Below, one piece after another: positions 49,632 to 60,850 of a DNA stretch of 64,000 bases. The notes beneath the pieces are model-generated. The model did not search any database. It was given only the letters and a program-made list of their open reading frames with translations, and had not been told where the DNA came from. This stretch comes from an uncultured Chloroflexia bacterium (GTDB lineage: Bacteria; Chloroflexota; Limnocylindria; Limnocylindrales; CSP1-4). Within the stretch, counting starts at the first letter, position 1. The number at the start of each line of letters is the position of its first letter. Where the stretch lies: assembly GCA_963800795.1 (NCBI GenBank), contig CAWDCJ010000013.1, forward strand, positions 6,916-70,915, in the 5' to 3' direction. A program made the position numbers and the translations under genes.

Positions 49632-50454
49632 GCGGTGCGAGCTGTTGCTGGAGCCAGGCGTCGTAGTCGGCCTTCGATTCGACCTGCACCTGGAACTCCA
49701 TGAACTCGTGGTAGAGGCCGCAGAACTGGGTGCACTGGCCGCGGTAGGTCCCGATCCGATCCGCGGTGAACTGGATCACCTGGTCCTTGCCGGGCGTGAT
49801 GTCGCGCTGGTACAGGAAGGCCGGGACGTAGAACGAGTGGATCACGTCCATGGAATGCAGCTGGAGCTCCACCGTCTCGTTCACCGGGACGTGCATGATC
49901 GGCGGCGACCAGCCCGTGCGGTCACCTCCCGACGGGAGCGTTCCGAAGACGGTCACGCACTTGCCCTGGTTCGCTTGCGCGTTGCAGTCCTGCCACGCCA
50001 CGCCGTCAGGTGCGTAGACGAACTGCCACTGCCACTGGTAGGCGACCACCCCGATGCGGATCGGAGGCGTGGGCGTATGTGCGTCGACCGTGTTGAGCGT
50101 CTGCCATGAGAGCGCGAACAGGGCCAGCACGATCGCAATGGGGATGGCGGTCCAGACGATCTCCAGCCGGTTGTTGCCGTGGATCTGCGGCGGCAGCTCA
50201 TCGTCGCCGTCCCGCCGGCGATAGCGCAGGACCGCGAACAGGATCAGGCCTTCCACCAGCACGAAGATCGCGACACCGATCGCGAAGATGACGAGGTAGA
50301 GGTTTCGCGTGGCTTCGCCCTGGACCGAGGCCGCTTCCGGCGGGAGGGCCGTCCGCAGGTTGAAGTCCGAGCAGGCGGAGACGAGGAGCGCGATGGCACC
50401 GAGCGCCGCGAGCGTCCCGACGCGGCGGACCCATCGCTTCGCTGTCTGACCCAT
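49247..50454 (-). CDS. ctaC: cytochrome c oxidase subunit II (CuA) fused to a C-terminal amicyanin-like cupredoxin (frame break near 49576-49595)
   Basis: Lipobox-like LLVSAC, two TM helices, DVIHSFYVP, CuA loop CTQFCGLYHEFM. Then an Ala/Pro/Ser linker and the cupredoxin ..IPHNVSIH..FVCSVHPNMVGTLTVK*. Confidence 0.85.
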
Positions 50455-50740
50455 GGGTGTGGTAGACCTCGTGCAGCTGGCGCGGCGCTCCACCGGGACG
50501 CGTCCGGTGGTCCCTCCTCGCATCGCTCCGGCTCCGGGGACGGCGGAGAGGCGGAAGCGCGGGCATGATACCCGAAGTGCCCGAAAACATGCGCAGATGC
50601 GCACGCTGGCGTGGACGTTGTTCCCGCCTCCGGGACGAGGCGGGCCGGCGACGCCACCGTTCGGGGCCGCTTCGCGCCACAATCGCCCCGTGACCGCCCC
50701 CGACTCACCCGCCGCGTCCGGCCCGGCCGGGTTCCGCCGC

Positions 50741-51760
50741 ATGTGCCCGGGCCCCCGCCGCTGGTTCCCAGCCGGGTCGGTGCTGCTCGCCCTGCTCGCG
50801 GGTGCTCCGGTCGTGTCCGCCCACGGGACCGGCGTGCCTTCCGCCCCGGACGCCGCGGGGTTGGTGCTCGGCTGGTCCTTCGACCCGACGATCTGGCTCC
50901 CTCTCGCGATCGCCGCCGCCGCCTACCTGTGGGCCGTCCGACGGGTCAACGCGGCTCACCCGGCGCACCCGGTCCCCGCGGATCGGCCCGCGTTCTTCCT
51001 GCTTGGGCTCGCCGCGATCGCGATCGCCCTTCAGTCCGGTATCGAGCGCTACGACACGACGCTGTTCTCGCTGCACATGGTTCAGCACGTGATCCTGATC
51101 TTCCTCGCCGCGCCGGCGATCGTGCTGTCGGCCCCGATCACGCTGATCCTGCGAGTCGCATCGCCCCGGGTGCGGCAACGGTGGGTCCTGCCCATCCTCG
51201 ACTCGCGCGCGGTCAGGGTGATCGGCCACCCGCTCGTCGCGTGGGTCCTCTTCACCGCCGTGATGTGGGGCACCCACTTCTCGCCGCTCTTCGATGCCGC
51301 GCTCGAGAACGTCTGGCTGCACGACCTGGAGCACGTGCTCTACCTGGTCAGCTCGGTGCTCTTCTGGATGCCGATCGTGGGCCGCGACCCGAGCCCATGG
51401 CGGATGGGCTACCCGGCGCGCCTCCTCTACCTGTTCGTCCAGATGCCGCTCAACTCGTTCCTCGGGGTCGCGATCCTCTATTCCGGGATCGATCCTCTAC
51501 CCCCATTACGCGACCACGGTCGCCTGTGGGGTCCTTCGCCGCTGCAGGACCAGCAGGCGGCCGGCGCGATCATGTGGGGGCTCGGCGACGCCGGGTTCCT
51601 GGTCGCCCTGCTCCTCGTCATCGCCGCGTGGATGCGCTTCGACGAGGCCGCCACGCGCCGCCGCGAGTCGGCCGAGGATGCCCGGATGACGACCCGTGCC
51701 GCCGGGGCGGAGGCGGGGAGCGCGGCGACTGCCGCCAACCCGAGGCTCCCGTCCCCCTGA
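50741..51760 (+). CDS. ctaG: cytochrome c oxidase assembly factor CtaG (caa3-CtaG family; compensated frame-break pair near 51485-51525)
   Basis: Multi-TM protein with HMVQHVILIFLAAP, HDLEHVLYL and QQAAGAIMW motifs. Start ATG 50741 inside track ORF 50453..51760. Confidence 0.8.
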   Translation: MCPGPRRWFPAGSVLLALLAGAPVVSAHGTGVPSAPDAAGLVLGWSFDPTIWLPLAIAAAAYLWAVRRVNAAHPAHPVPADRPAFFLLGLAAIAIALQSGIERYDTTLFSLHMVQHVILIFLAAPAIVLSAPITLILRVASPRVRQRWVLPILDSRAVRVIGHPLVAWVLFTAVMWGTHFSPLFDAALENVWLHDLEHVLYLVSSVLFWMPIVGRDPSPWRMGYPARLLYLFVQMPLNSFLGVAILYSGIDPLPPLRDHGRLWGPSPLQDQQAAGAIMWGLGDAGFLVALLLVIAAWMRFDEAATRRRESAEDARMTTRAAGAEAGSAATAANPRLPSP

Positions 51761-51763
51761 GGG

Positions 51764-52759
51764 ATCAGGCCGGGATCGGTGCCCGGAGATAGGCGAGGTA
51801 GCGCTCCGGGTCGACGTTGCCGCCCGAGACGACGGCCACCACCGTGCCCTGGGCCAGCGGCAGCCCCAGGTCGTGCGGCATGGAAGCGGAGCGCCGCGAT
51901 CGTCAGGGCCCCGGATGGCTCCACGACCAGGCGCGCCTCCTCGGCCCCCAGCCGGACGCCGGCCGCGATCTCGACCTCCGAGACGGTCACGATGCCGTCC
52001 AGGTGGGCGCGCAGGTGGGCGAACGTGCGGGCACCCAGCGCCTGGGTCCGCGTTCCATCGGCGATGGTCCGCGAGACGTCGGCCGCCGACCACTCCACGA
52101 TTCGACCCAGCTCCAGCGATTCGCGGGCGTCGGCGGCGAGCTCCGGCTCCACGCCGATCACACGGGCCGAAGGATGGAGCGCCTTCACCGCCACCGCCAC
52201 GCCGCTGGCCAGCCCGCCGCCGCCGATCGGCACGATCACGAGCGCCAGGTCTTCGACGTCCTCCGCGATCTCCAGGCCGCAGGTTCCCTGGCCGGCGATG
52301 ATGCGATCGTCGTCGAAGGGCGGGATGATCGTCGAGGCCGCGCTCAGCGGCGATGCGTTCGGCGACGGCCTGCCGCTCGGCGCTGGCCGGCCCCACCGTC
52401 ACGACCTCGGCGCCGTCGTCGAGGACCCTGGCGCGCTTGATCGCCGGGGCGTTGTCCGGCATGACCACGACGGCGGGGCAGCCCAGCAGGCGGGCGGCAC
52501 GGGCCACGCCCTGGGCATGGTTGCCCGACGAGTACGTGATGACGCCGCGCCGCAGCTCGGACGGCCCCAGCGAGGCGATGGCCGTGTACGCGCCGCGAAG
52601 CTTGAACGCCCCGATCGGCTGGAGCGACTCCGCCTTGAGGAGCTGCCCGCGCGCCGGATCGCCGAACGCCACGAGGGGTGTCCGGGCGGCGACCCCGCGC
52701 AGCACGATGGCGGCCTCGCGGATACGGTCGAGGCCGACCAATGCGCCGGCAGCGCTCAT
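51764..52759 (-). CDS. PLP-dependent threonine/serine dehydratase, short form (frame breaks near 52300 and 51880)
   Basis: ESLQPIGAFKLRGA (PLP Lys), TYSSGNHAQG, VIVPIGGGGLASG. Own reading of the tail is ..VVSGGNVDPERYLAYLRAPIPA* (stop 51764-51766). Confidence 0.8.
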
Positions 52760-52802
52760 CGGCAGGCTTGCCGGAGAACGGGCTGCTGCCGGGAGCGCTC
52801 GC

Positions 52803-53150
52803 TCAATGGGCGTGGCTGCCGCAGGCAACGCACGTCGTCGCCCACGGGACCAGCTCCTGGCGCTCGGCCGGGATCGCGGCGCCGCACGTCTCGCAGGTCG
52901 GGTAGGTTCCCGCGGCAAGGCGCGCGAGGGCATGGTCGACGGCGTGGAGCCGGCGTTCGGCCTGCTCACGCAGGGCAAGGTCGCGCTGCTGGGCGAAGAC
53001 ATGCGATGCCGCGGCGGCCTGCGAGCCGTAGGTCATCTGACCGGGCGCCTCGATCTCCTCGCCGAGCTCGGCGAGGAGGCCTGTCCGCACGTCCTGGAGG
53101 CGCGCGCGCGCGGTGGCGATCCGATCCGTGTCTGCAGTCACGCCGTCCAT
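52803..53150 (-). CDS. DksA/TraR-family C4 zinc-finger protein
   Basis: C-terminus YPTCETCGAAIPAERQELVPWATTCVACG after a coiled-coil region. Start MDGVTAD inside track ORF 52803..53303. Confidence 0.75.
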   Translation of the reverse strand: MDGVTADTDRIATARARLQDVRTGLLAELGEEIEAPGQMTYGSQAAAASHVFAQQRDLALREQAERRLHAVDHALARLAAGTYPTCETCGAAIPAERQELVPWATTCVACGSHAH

Positions 53151-53241
53151 GCTACGCCGCCCCTGCGAGCATCGCACCCCTGCCCGTATACTCCCGGGGA
53201 GTACCGGGCTCGAGACCGGAGGCATCCCAGGAGGCGGCACC

Positions 53242-53415
53242 ATGGCAGTTGCGATCGACCCGGTCTGCGGCATGGAGGTCGACACGGAGACGGCGACCCT
53301 CACGAGCGAGCACGAGGGGACGACCTACTACTTCTGCGGCAAGGGCTGCAAGCTCGACTTCGACGAGGACCCGGACACCTACCTCGATCCCGCCTACACC
53401 CCTCACGGCATGTGA
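53242..53415 (+). CDS. YHS/TRASH-domain metal-binding mini-protein
   Basis: MAVAIDPVCGMEVD..YYFCGKGCKLDFDEDP. GGAGG Shine-Dalgarno about 8 nt upstream. Confidence 0.75.
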   Translation: MAVAIDPVCGMEVDTETATLTSEHEGTTYYFCGKGCKLDFDEDPDTYLDPAYTPHGM

Positions 53416-53469
53416 CCGACGGCGGTCGATGGGCGCGGGCCCGTCACCGCCGTGCTCTTGCCGCGCCGG

Positions 53470-54114
53470 TCAGGCCCACTCCTTGATGATGAGGTCGGCG
53501 CGACCTCGACTGGTCGCGACGAGCCTCGCGTTTGGGCCGTCGGTGGTGGCCGCCCAGGCCGCCGCGTCGTCTCGACTCCGCCCGTACCGCATGTGGCGTT
53601 CGATCAGCCACTGCTCGCGATCCTCGCCGCCGGGATCCAGGTACCAGGCCTCGGCGAGGAGCTCCGGCATCCCGGGCCCAGGGGCCGGGGTCGAGCAGGA
53701 GGTAGTTGCCTTCGGCGATCACCATGGGCAGGTCGGAGCGGGATAGCGATGGCGCCCGCGATCGGCTCCTCGATCTGGCGACGGAACTCGGGCGCATACC
53801 CCGTGCCGGTGCCTCGTCTTGATCCGCCGCAGAAGCGCTACGTACCCGGCTGCGTCGAAGGTGTCCGGCGCGCCCTTGCGTGACTGGCGACCGAGCCGGA
53901 CGAGCTCGGAGTTCGCGAGATGGAAGCCATCCATCGGCAGGCCGACCGCCAATCCCTGAATGTGGCCGACGAGCGCCGCTGAGAGCGTTGACTTCCCTGC
54001 GCCCGGTGGGCCGGTCATGCCCAGGATCACTCGGCCGCTCGATACCGCAAGACGGCGGGCCCGATCCACCAGGTCCGCGAGGGTGACGCGCACCGCAACC
54101 GGCGAGTCCGTCAT
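53470..54114 (-). CDS. P-loop nucleoside/sugar kinase-like protein (PRK/uridine-kinase fold, FrcK-like; 2-3 frame breaks)
   Basis: ILGMTGPPGAGKST (Walker A), LPMDGFH, VIAEGNYLLLD, and the C-terminus in track ORF 53470..53670. Confidence 0.65.
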
Positions 54115-54161
54115 GGGCCGTCCGACGCACGGCCCGCGAGCGATATCGTCACTGGCGCGGG

Positions 54162-55085
54162 TCAGGCTGGCGGCCAGCCCCCGAGCTGCGCGAGGGTCGG
54201 CGGGTCGGCGCCCGGGCGCTCGCAGACCATCGCGGAGGCGCGGACGGCGAACCGGACCGCGCGCAGGACGGCCGCCGGCTCCGCGACGGCCTCGCGCCCG
54301 CCCCCGCCCGCGAGCAGGCACGCGAGGAACGCGCCGCCGAACGTGTCCCCCGCCCCGACGGTGTCGACGACCGTGACCGCTGGCGCCTCCACCTCGGACA
54401 CGGCGCCGTCGATCCACGCCCGCACCGGCCGGGCGCCATCCGTGATCAGCACGACCCGCGGCCCGAGCGCCGCCACGCGCCGCGCCGCCTCGTCGGCAGA
54501 CTCGCCGGGCACGAGGAACGCCAGGTCCTCGGTGCTCACCTTCACGACGTCGGCCCGCGCGAGCACGCGGCAGATCCGCGCCCGGAACCCGTCGGGATCG
54601 CGGATGATCGAAGGTCGGCAGTTGGGATCGACCATCAGCAGCACGTCGTCCGGGAGTGCCGCGACGAGCGCCTCGAATGTCGTGGCCATCGGCTCGAGCA
54701 CGAGGCCGAGTGTCCCGACGTGGACCGCCCGGGTGGACCCCGGAAGCCCGGCGGCGAGCGCCTCGGCCGTCACGGCGGGCGCGGACGTGCTGTCCACGTA
54801 GAACCGGTAGGTCGCCGCGCCGCCGTCGTCGAGCTCGGCGACGGCGAGCGTCGTCGGCAGGTCGGTACGCCTGGCGAGCGCGAGCGAGACCCCGTCGTCC
54901 GCGAGCCCATCCTCGAGCACCCGCCCGAAGTGGTCGCGCGACAACCCGCCGAGCCATGCCACCTCGACCCCGAGGCGCCCGATGGCGCGCGCCGTGTTGT
55001 ACGGCCCCCCGCCGGCCACGGGGACCAGCTGGCCGTCCGGGCGCACGATGAGATCGATCAGGGCCTCACCGGCAACGACGATCAC
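54162..55085 (-). CDS. PfkB-family carbohydrate kinase (fructokinase-like)
   Basis: GGGPYNTA, DPNCRP, and the C-terminal DTVGAGDTFGGAFL signature. Confidence 0.85.
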   Translation of the reverse strand: MIVVAGEALIDLIVRPDGQLVPVAGGGPYNTARAIGRLGVEVAWLGGLSRDHFGRVLEDGLADDGVSLALARRTDLPTTLAVAELDDGGAATYRFYVDSTSAPAVTAEALAAGLPGSTRAVHVGTLGLVLEPMATTFEALVAALPDDVLLMVDPNCRPSIIRDPDGFRARICRVLARADVVKVSTEDLAFLVPGESADEAARRVAALGPRVVLITDGARPVRAWIDGAVSEVEAPAVTVVDTVGAGDTFGGAFLACLLAGGGGREAVAEPAAVLRAVRFAVRASAMVCERPGADPPTLAQLGGWPPA

Positions 55086-55562
55086 GGCTCGCTCCTGATC
55101 TCCGGTCGCGTGGCGGACGGTCTTCCCGCGGAGTGGCGGTGAACGCCCGGCAGGCAGACGCCGATCGTCAGCAGGAGGTTGGCGTAGATCCGCTCATCGC
55201 CCGTCGAGACCGCGAGGGCGACGTCCCGGCCACGCGCCATGTCGTAGAAGTCCCGGCGCCCATGGGGCTGGAGCTCGATGCCGGGCAGCAGCGCCCGGAA
55301 GTCGGCGAAGATGCCCGGCTCCTCCCCGCTGTCCGGGGCCATCACGTCCGCCGCCTCGATCGGGATGCTGTCGACCAGCACCTCCAGCACGTCGGTGCAC
55401 CGTGACCATGCCCGGAGCCAGGTTCAGGTAGACCCGCCTCGCGGTGGCGCTCGACCGGGTCAGCAGCGGGTAGTTGCCGTCGGCGATGAGCACCTGGGCG
55501 CCGTGGCCTGCCTCGCCGAGGGCCGCCAGGATCTCCGGGTGAAGGAGGCGGGTCTTCAGCAT
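55082..55562 (-). CDS. RbsD/FucU-family sugar mutarotase/pyranase (frame break near 55395)
   Basis: MLKTRLLHPEILAALGEAGHGAQVLIADGNYP.. then ..IYANLLLTIGV, as in RbsD/FucU. Confidence 0.7.
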
Positions 55563-55991
55563 CGGGTGTTCCTCTCGCGCGGTCTGGTGGATCGGATGCC
55601 TGCCGTGGCCACCGATTGCTTCGGCCGGTGTCGGGCGGCGATGCAGAGTGCCAGCGTCCCCTCTGGATGTCCGAATGTCCGAGGTGAGCCCGACCGCCAC
55701 CACGCCTCGAGCCGGGACGAGCGGCGCGACGTGCGTCCTCCCGCGGGCACCGACGACCGCCGGGGCCTCCGACCGACGGGGCCTCCGACCGCCATCGCGG
55801 TCCGCCCCGGGCGCGTCGCTCATGGCGGGTAGGCCCGCGCCGGAAGCGGCTCGAGAGGCAGTGCGACCGGTCAGCCGGATCTGCCCGGCTGTGACCGTGC
55901 GGCGGCTGGGTCGGGCCCGCGTGACGGGAGGAGGGGTCGTCACGCGGGCCGTTGTGTAGTCGCGACGTGAAGCCGCGCAGCCGTCGCCGGC

Positions 55992-56683
55992 TCACGGCGT
56001 GCCTGCTGTCTGGCCTCGTGTCGTCGCGCCGGGCACGGGCTCCTCCATCACATCGGCGATCGCCGACGCCAGGACGGGGTCGACCTCGATGGCGGCCGTC
56101 GTGGTCGCACCCGCCACGGCTGCCGTCCGGAACGCCGCCCTGGCCGCCTCCACGACTGGCGGGTGGCATCGTCGACCGAGGTGGAACCGGTGTCGACAGT
56201 CAGCCCGTACCCGGCCGGCTCATCGGAATGGCGGTTGTAGAAACGGGAGACGAACTTGTGATGCCCGATGTCGTCCTCGTGCAGCTGTTCCTCGGCGGCT
56301 GCGGCATCGGTCAGGCCCTGGCTGGCCATGATCCGCTGGACCCGCTGCGCCATCGGCGCGACGACGTGCACGTTCAGCGCGTCGGCGTAGCCGCCCAGGA
56401 CCGCGAAACCGACCCGGCTCAGGATCACCACCTTGCCGCGCCTGGCGAGCGCCTCCAGGATCTCGTTGTACATCGAGATGATGAGGAGGTTCTCGACGCG
56501 CACGAGGTCGAGGAGGCTGGGCCCCGAGTCGTACAGCTCCTTGAACTTGGTCAGCCCGTACTGGCGGAGGATGCGATCGGACGTGTGCTCGTCGACGAGC
56601 GCGTAGCCCAGCTCCGCCGCCACGCGACCGGCGATCTCGACGCCGCCGGTCCCGAGCTCGCTCGAGATGGTGATGACACCCAT
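55992..56683 (-). CDS. cytidylate-kinase-like family P-loop protein (frame break near 56160; 3' end inferred)
   Basis: MGVITISSELGTGGVEIAGRVAAELGYALVD... The C-terminal helix VVEAARAAFRTAAV reads in another frame, ending at TGA 55992-55994. Confidence 0.55.
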
Positions 56684-56708
56684 GGTGAGCGCTCCCGTCG
56701 GATCCACG

Positions 56709-58219
56709 TCATGCACCCGCGGATCCGACCGCGTACTGCATGATGGTCTCTTCGCTGGCCTCGGCTCGTGACAGCTCCTTCACGATCCGACCCTGGCGCA
56801 TGACCATGATCCGGTCGCTCATGCCCAGCACTTCGGGCAGCTCCGACGAGATCATGATGATCCCGACGCCCTGCTTGGTCAGCTCGTCCATGATCTGGTA
56901 GATCTCGGACTTGCTGCCGACGTCGATGCCGCGCGTCGGCTCGTCCATGCAGGAAGATCCGGGTGCCCACGCTGAGCCAGCGCGCCAGCACGACCTTCTG
57001 CTGGTTGCCGCCGCTCATGTTGACGACCAGGAAGCTTGGAGCTCGGCGTCTTGATGCGCAATTCCTGGATCATTCGCTTGACGAGGGTCAGCTCCTTCCC
57101 GAAGTTGATCACGCCCAGGCGCGTCAGCCGTCTCAGGCCGGAGATCGTGGTGTTGATCCGGACGCTCAGCTGGAGGAACAGCCCCTGGGCCTTGCGGTCC
57201 TCGGTGACCAGGGCCACGCCGTTGCGGATGGCCGCGGCCGGCGAGTGCGGCTTGTACGGCTTGCCGGCGATGCGCATCTCGCCGCTGGACGGGTCCGCGC
57301 CGAAGATGGCGCGCGCCAGCTCCGTCCGCCCCGATCCCACGATGCCCGCGAACCCGACGATCTCGCCGGCGTGGAGCTGGAACGAGATGTCCCGCAGGAG
57401 CTTCGGCTGCGAGAGGTCGCCCACCTCGAGGAGGACGTCGCCCTGCTCGACGGTCCGCTTCGGGTACACGTCCTTCAGGTCGCGCCCGATCATGAGCTTG
57501 ACCAGGTCGTCCATCGTCACCTCGGAAACCTTCCGCGTGGCGACGTAGCGCCCGTCCTTGAGGATCGTCACCTCGTCGGCCAGCGCGAAGATCTCCCTCA
57601 GGCGGTGGGAGATGTAGATGATCCCGATGCCCTGGGCCTGGAGCGACCGGACCACCCGGAACAGGTTGTCCAGGTCCTTCTCCCCGAGCAGGGCGGACGG
57701 CTCGTCCATGATCAGGATGCGGGTCTTCCGGTTGAGGGCCTTGGCGATCTCGACGAGCTGCTGCTCGGCGACGGACAGCGACGAGATCGGGGCATCGACC
57801 GAGAACTCGACACCCAGCGTGTCGAGGATCTCGCGCGTCCGGGCCTTGACCGTCGTCCAGTCCACGGTCACCCCCTTCGTGGGCAGGTGGCCGAGGAAGA
57901 CGTTCTCGGCGACGGTGAGGTCGCGGGCGAGGTTGAACTCCTGGTAGATGGTCGAGATGCCCAGCGCCTGGGCGTCGTGCGGGCCGCGGATCTCGACGGG
58001 CTGTCCCTCGAACAGGATCTGCCCCTCGTCCATGCGGTAGGCGCCCGAGAGGATCTTGATCAGCGTCGACTTGCCGGCGCCGTTCTCGCCGAGGAGGGCG
58101 TGGACCTGGCCCTCCTTGACCGTCAGCTGGACGCCTTCCAGCGCCCGGACGCCGGGGAACGTCTTCCCGATGCCCTGCATCTCCAGCAGGACGTTGCCCG
58201 GGGAGGTGGAACCACTCAT
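56709..58219 (-). CDS. sugar ABC transporter ATP-binding protein, duplicated ATPase (RbsA/MglA type; frame breaks near 57020 and 56955)
   Basis: [19 protein letters not shown], second half [35 protein letters not shown]. Confidence 0.9.
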
Positions 58220-58240
58220 CGCGACATGCCTCCCGACTCG

Positions 58241-59237
58241 CTACTTGCTGCGGTGCGACAGCGCGTCGACGGCAACCGCGAGGATCACGAGGACGCCGGT
58301 GATGAGGACCTGGTAGTTGGATTCGACACCCATCAGCTGGAGGCCATTCCGGAACACGCCCACGATGAGCGCTCCGATCAGCGTGCCGAAGATCAGGCCG
58401 CGTCCCCCGAAGAGGCTCGTGCCGCCCAGCACGACCGCCGTGATGGCGGCGAGGTTGTCCTGCGTCCCCGCGCCTCCGGAGTTGGGGTCGCCCACGCCGG
58501 TGCGCGCGACCAGGAGCAGGCCGGCGATGGCATAGAACAGGCCGGCCGTCGCGTACACGCCCATGAGGACGCGGTTCGTGTTGATGCCGGCGAGTCGCGC
58601 GGCCTCCGGATTGTCGCCGACCGCGTACACGGCTCGCCCGGCGGCGGTCGAGCGGAGCACGAACCACACGACCACGTACAGGATCAGCATCACCACCGAG
58701 CCGTAGGTGACGTCGGTGCCGCCGACCGTGAACGTGTTCCCCAGGAAGGTCTGGACAGTCGGGCAGCCGGTTGATCGTCTCGCTGGTGTAGATGTGGACC
58801 AGGGCGGTGGCGATGCTGAAGGTGCCCAGGGTCACGATGAACGGTGGGAGCCTGATGGCCGTGACAAGCCAGCCGTTCAGGAGGCCGAACGCCATGCCGA
58901 CGAGGAGGCCGACGAAGATCGCGACGACGGGATCCATGCCGGATCGCATGGTGAGCCCGGTCATCATCACCGTCGACAGGGCCATGATCCAGGAGCACGA
59001 GAGGTCGATCCCGGCCGTGAGGATGATCAGCGTCTGGCCGATGGCCAGGGTGCCGACCACCATCACCTGCTGGAGGATCAACGAGAAGTTGGATCCGGAG
59101 AGGAACTTGTCGCTCTGTGTTGCGAAGACGACGATCGCCAGCACGAGCGCGGCCAGGGGGCCCATGATCGCCGAGCCCCCAAGGACGCCCAGGACACCCG
59201 ATCGCCGCGCGGTGACTCTGCTGATGAATGCGGTCAT
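58241..59237 (-). CDS. sugar ABC transporter permease (RbsC type; frame break near 58750)
   Basis: TLIILTAGIDLS.., AVGDNPEAARLAGINT, LGGTSLFGGRG. Confidence 0.85.
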
Positions 59238-59303
59238 GGGCCATCCTCCCGACGAGAGGGCGGCGGCGGGGCAGCGCCCCGCCGCCAGCCAGTCAGATCG
59301 ACC

Positions 59304-60348
59304 TTACTTGGTGCCCCAGCAGTTGGCAGTGCCGTACGTGGAGTCCTTGCTGTCCACGCCGGTCTGGGCCTTGTCCGTGATCAGGGTGACGCCCGTGTCC
59401 GTGTAGCCGCTCGGCTTGGTGCCCTTGGTGGCGTAAGTCGTAGAGGGCCTGGACGCCGAGGGATGCCATCTTGAGCGGGTACTGCTGCGACGTCGCGGCG
59501 ATCTTGCCGTCGACCACGCCCTGGACGCCCTGGCAGCCGCCGTCGACGGAGACGATCGTGATGGCGTTCTGCCTTGCCGGCGCTCTTGATGGCCGTGTAG
59601 GCGCCGAACGCGGCGGGTTCATTGATCGTGTAGACGAGGTTGATGTTGGGGTTCTTGCGTCAGGCAGTTCTCCATGGCCGTCTGACCTTCGGTCTGGTCG
59701 CCATGGGTGTCCTGCGAGCAGACGACCGCCGCGTTGGTCGCGAGGTCGGTCGAGTTGGGGTCGATGCCGCTGACCAGGCCGTAGCCCTGGAGGAAGCCGT
59801 TGTGGCGCTGGGCGCCGACGGTGATGCCGGGCTGCAGGTCGAGCGTCGCGATGACGGGCGTCTTGCCGGCCATGTACGCCTTGGCCCACTGCCCGATCAG
59901 GAGCCCGGCATTGAAGTTGTTGGTGGCGAACAGCGCGTCGACGGCCGACTGCGGATCGGTGGCCGTGTCGAGCGCGATGACGACCACGCCCTTGTCGCGC
60001 GCCTTCTGGATGCTCGGGACGATGGCCTTGGTGTCGCTCGGGGTGATGAGGATGCCCTTGGCCCCGGCGTTGACCATGTTCTCGAGGGCCGTGACCTGGC
60101 CGGTGTTGTCGCCGTCCTTGGCGCCGGCGCCGGTCAACAGCTTGATGCCGAGCTCGGTCGCCTTGGCCTGGGCGCCTTCCTTCATCTTGACGAAGAACGG
60201 GTTGGTCTCCGTCTTGGTGATGAGGCCGACGATGATCTGGCCGCCGCTCGCCGCCGCACTGGCGGCCGGCGCCTGGGTCGCCGGAGCCGCTACATGCGGC
60301 CAGCAAGACTCCCGCGATCAGCAGGGTTGCAACACGCTTGATGGACAC
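59304..60348 (-). CDS. periplasmic sugar-binding lipoprotein (RbsB type; several frame breaks)
   Basis: GTG start with GGAGGAG SD. Signal + lipobox [14 protein letters not shown]. Core in track ORF 59619..60185 ([16 protein letters not shown]). Own reading of the tail is ..[13 protein letters not shown] (TAA 59304-59306). Confidence 0.8.
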
Positions 60349-60749
60349 CGAACTGCTCCTCCGTCTATCTAGGTACCTGAGCCTGGCAATGTGCTGGCGG
60401 AGCCCGCCTCCGGTTCCGCCTCGATGGACGATGGTGGTCGCCATTCGTCGATCCGCGAGCCGCTCCCTCCGGTCCGTCGTGGCTCCGCGAACGCAACGCG
60501 CGGTCGCCCGCGTCAGCTCGATCGCGACGGATGGCCGGATGGCGCGACGGCACCGGAGACCACCGGCACGTTGCGGCCTGCCTTCCCGGGGACCCCCGTG
60601 GCCCCCGGAAGGATCACGACGCCCGATGGTGTCGTCGTCGGCGGCGCTTCGTCACCCGTGAGACGGGCCTCCCGGCCGTCCGCCGGTCGTCCTGGCAGGA
60701 GCTCGACACCGTTGTGTGGCCGCTGCCTCCTTTCCCCCGCCGGGACGAC

Positions 60750-60763
60750 TGACAACGTTGTCA
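60750..60763. promoter_or_regulatory. LacI-family operator, perfect palindrome
   Basis: TGACAACGTTGTCA, between the sugar-uptake operon and the divergent lacI-family gene. Confidence 0.7.
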
Positions 60764-60850
60764 TCGAGACATAGGCTGGCGTCCTGCGATTGTCAATACC
60801 CATCTTGATCTCGTCGGGTCGAGCGGGTACGATGGCACCAGTGGACAGGA

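Noticed and set aside
47015-49666. 883-aa plus-strand ORF
   Set aside because: Antisense shadow of ctaD/ctaC/ctaE; extremely Arg/Asp/Gly/His-rich with no recognisable domain.
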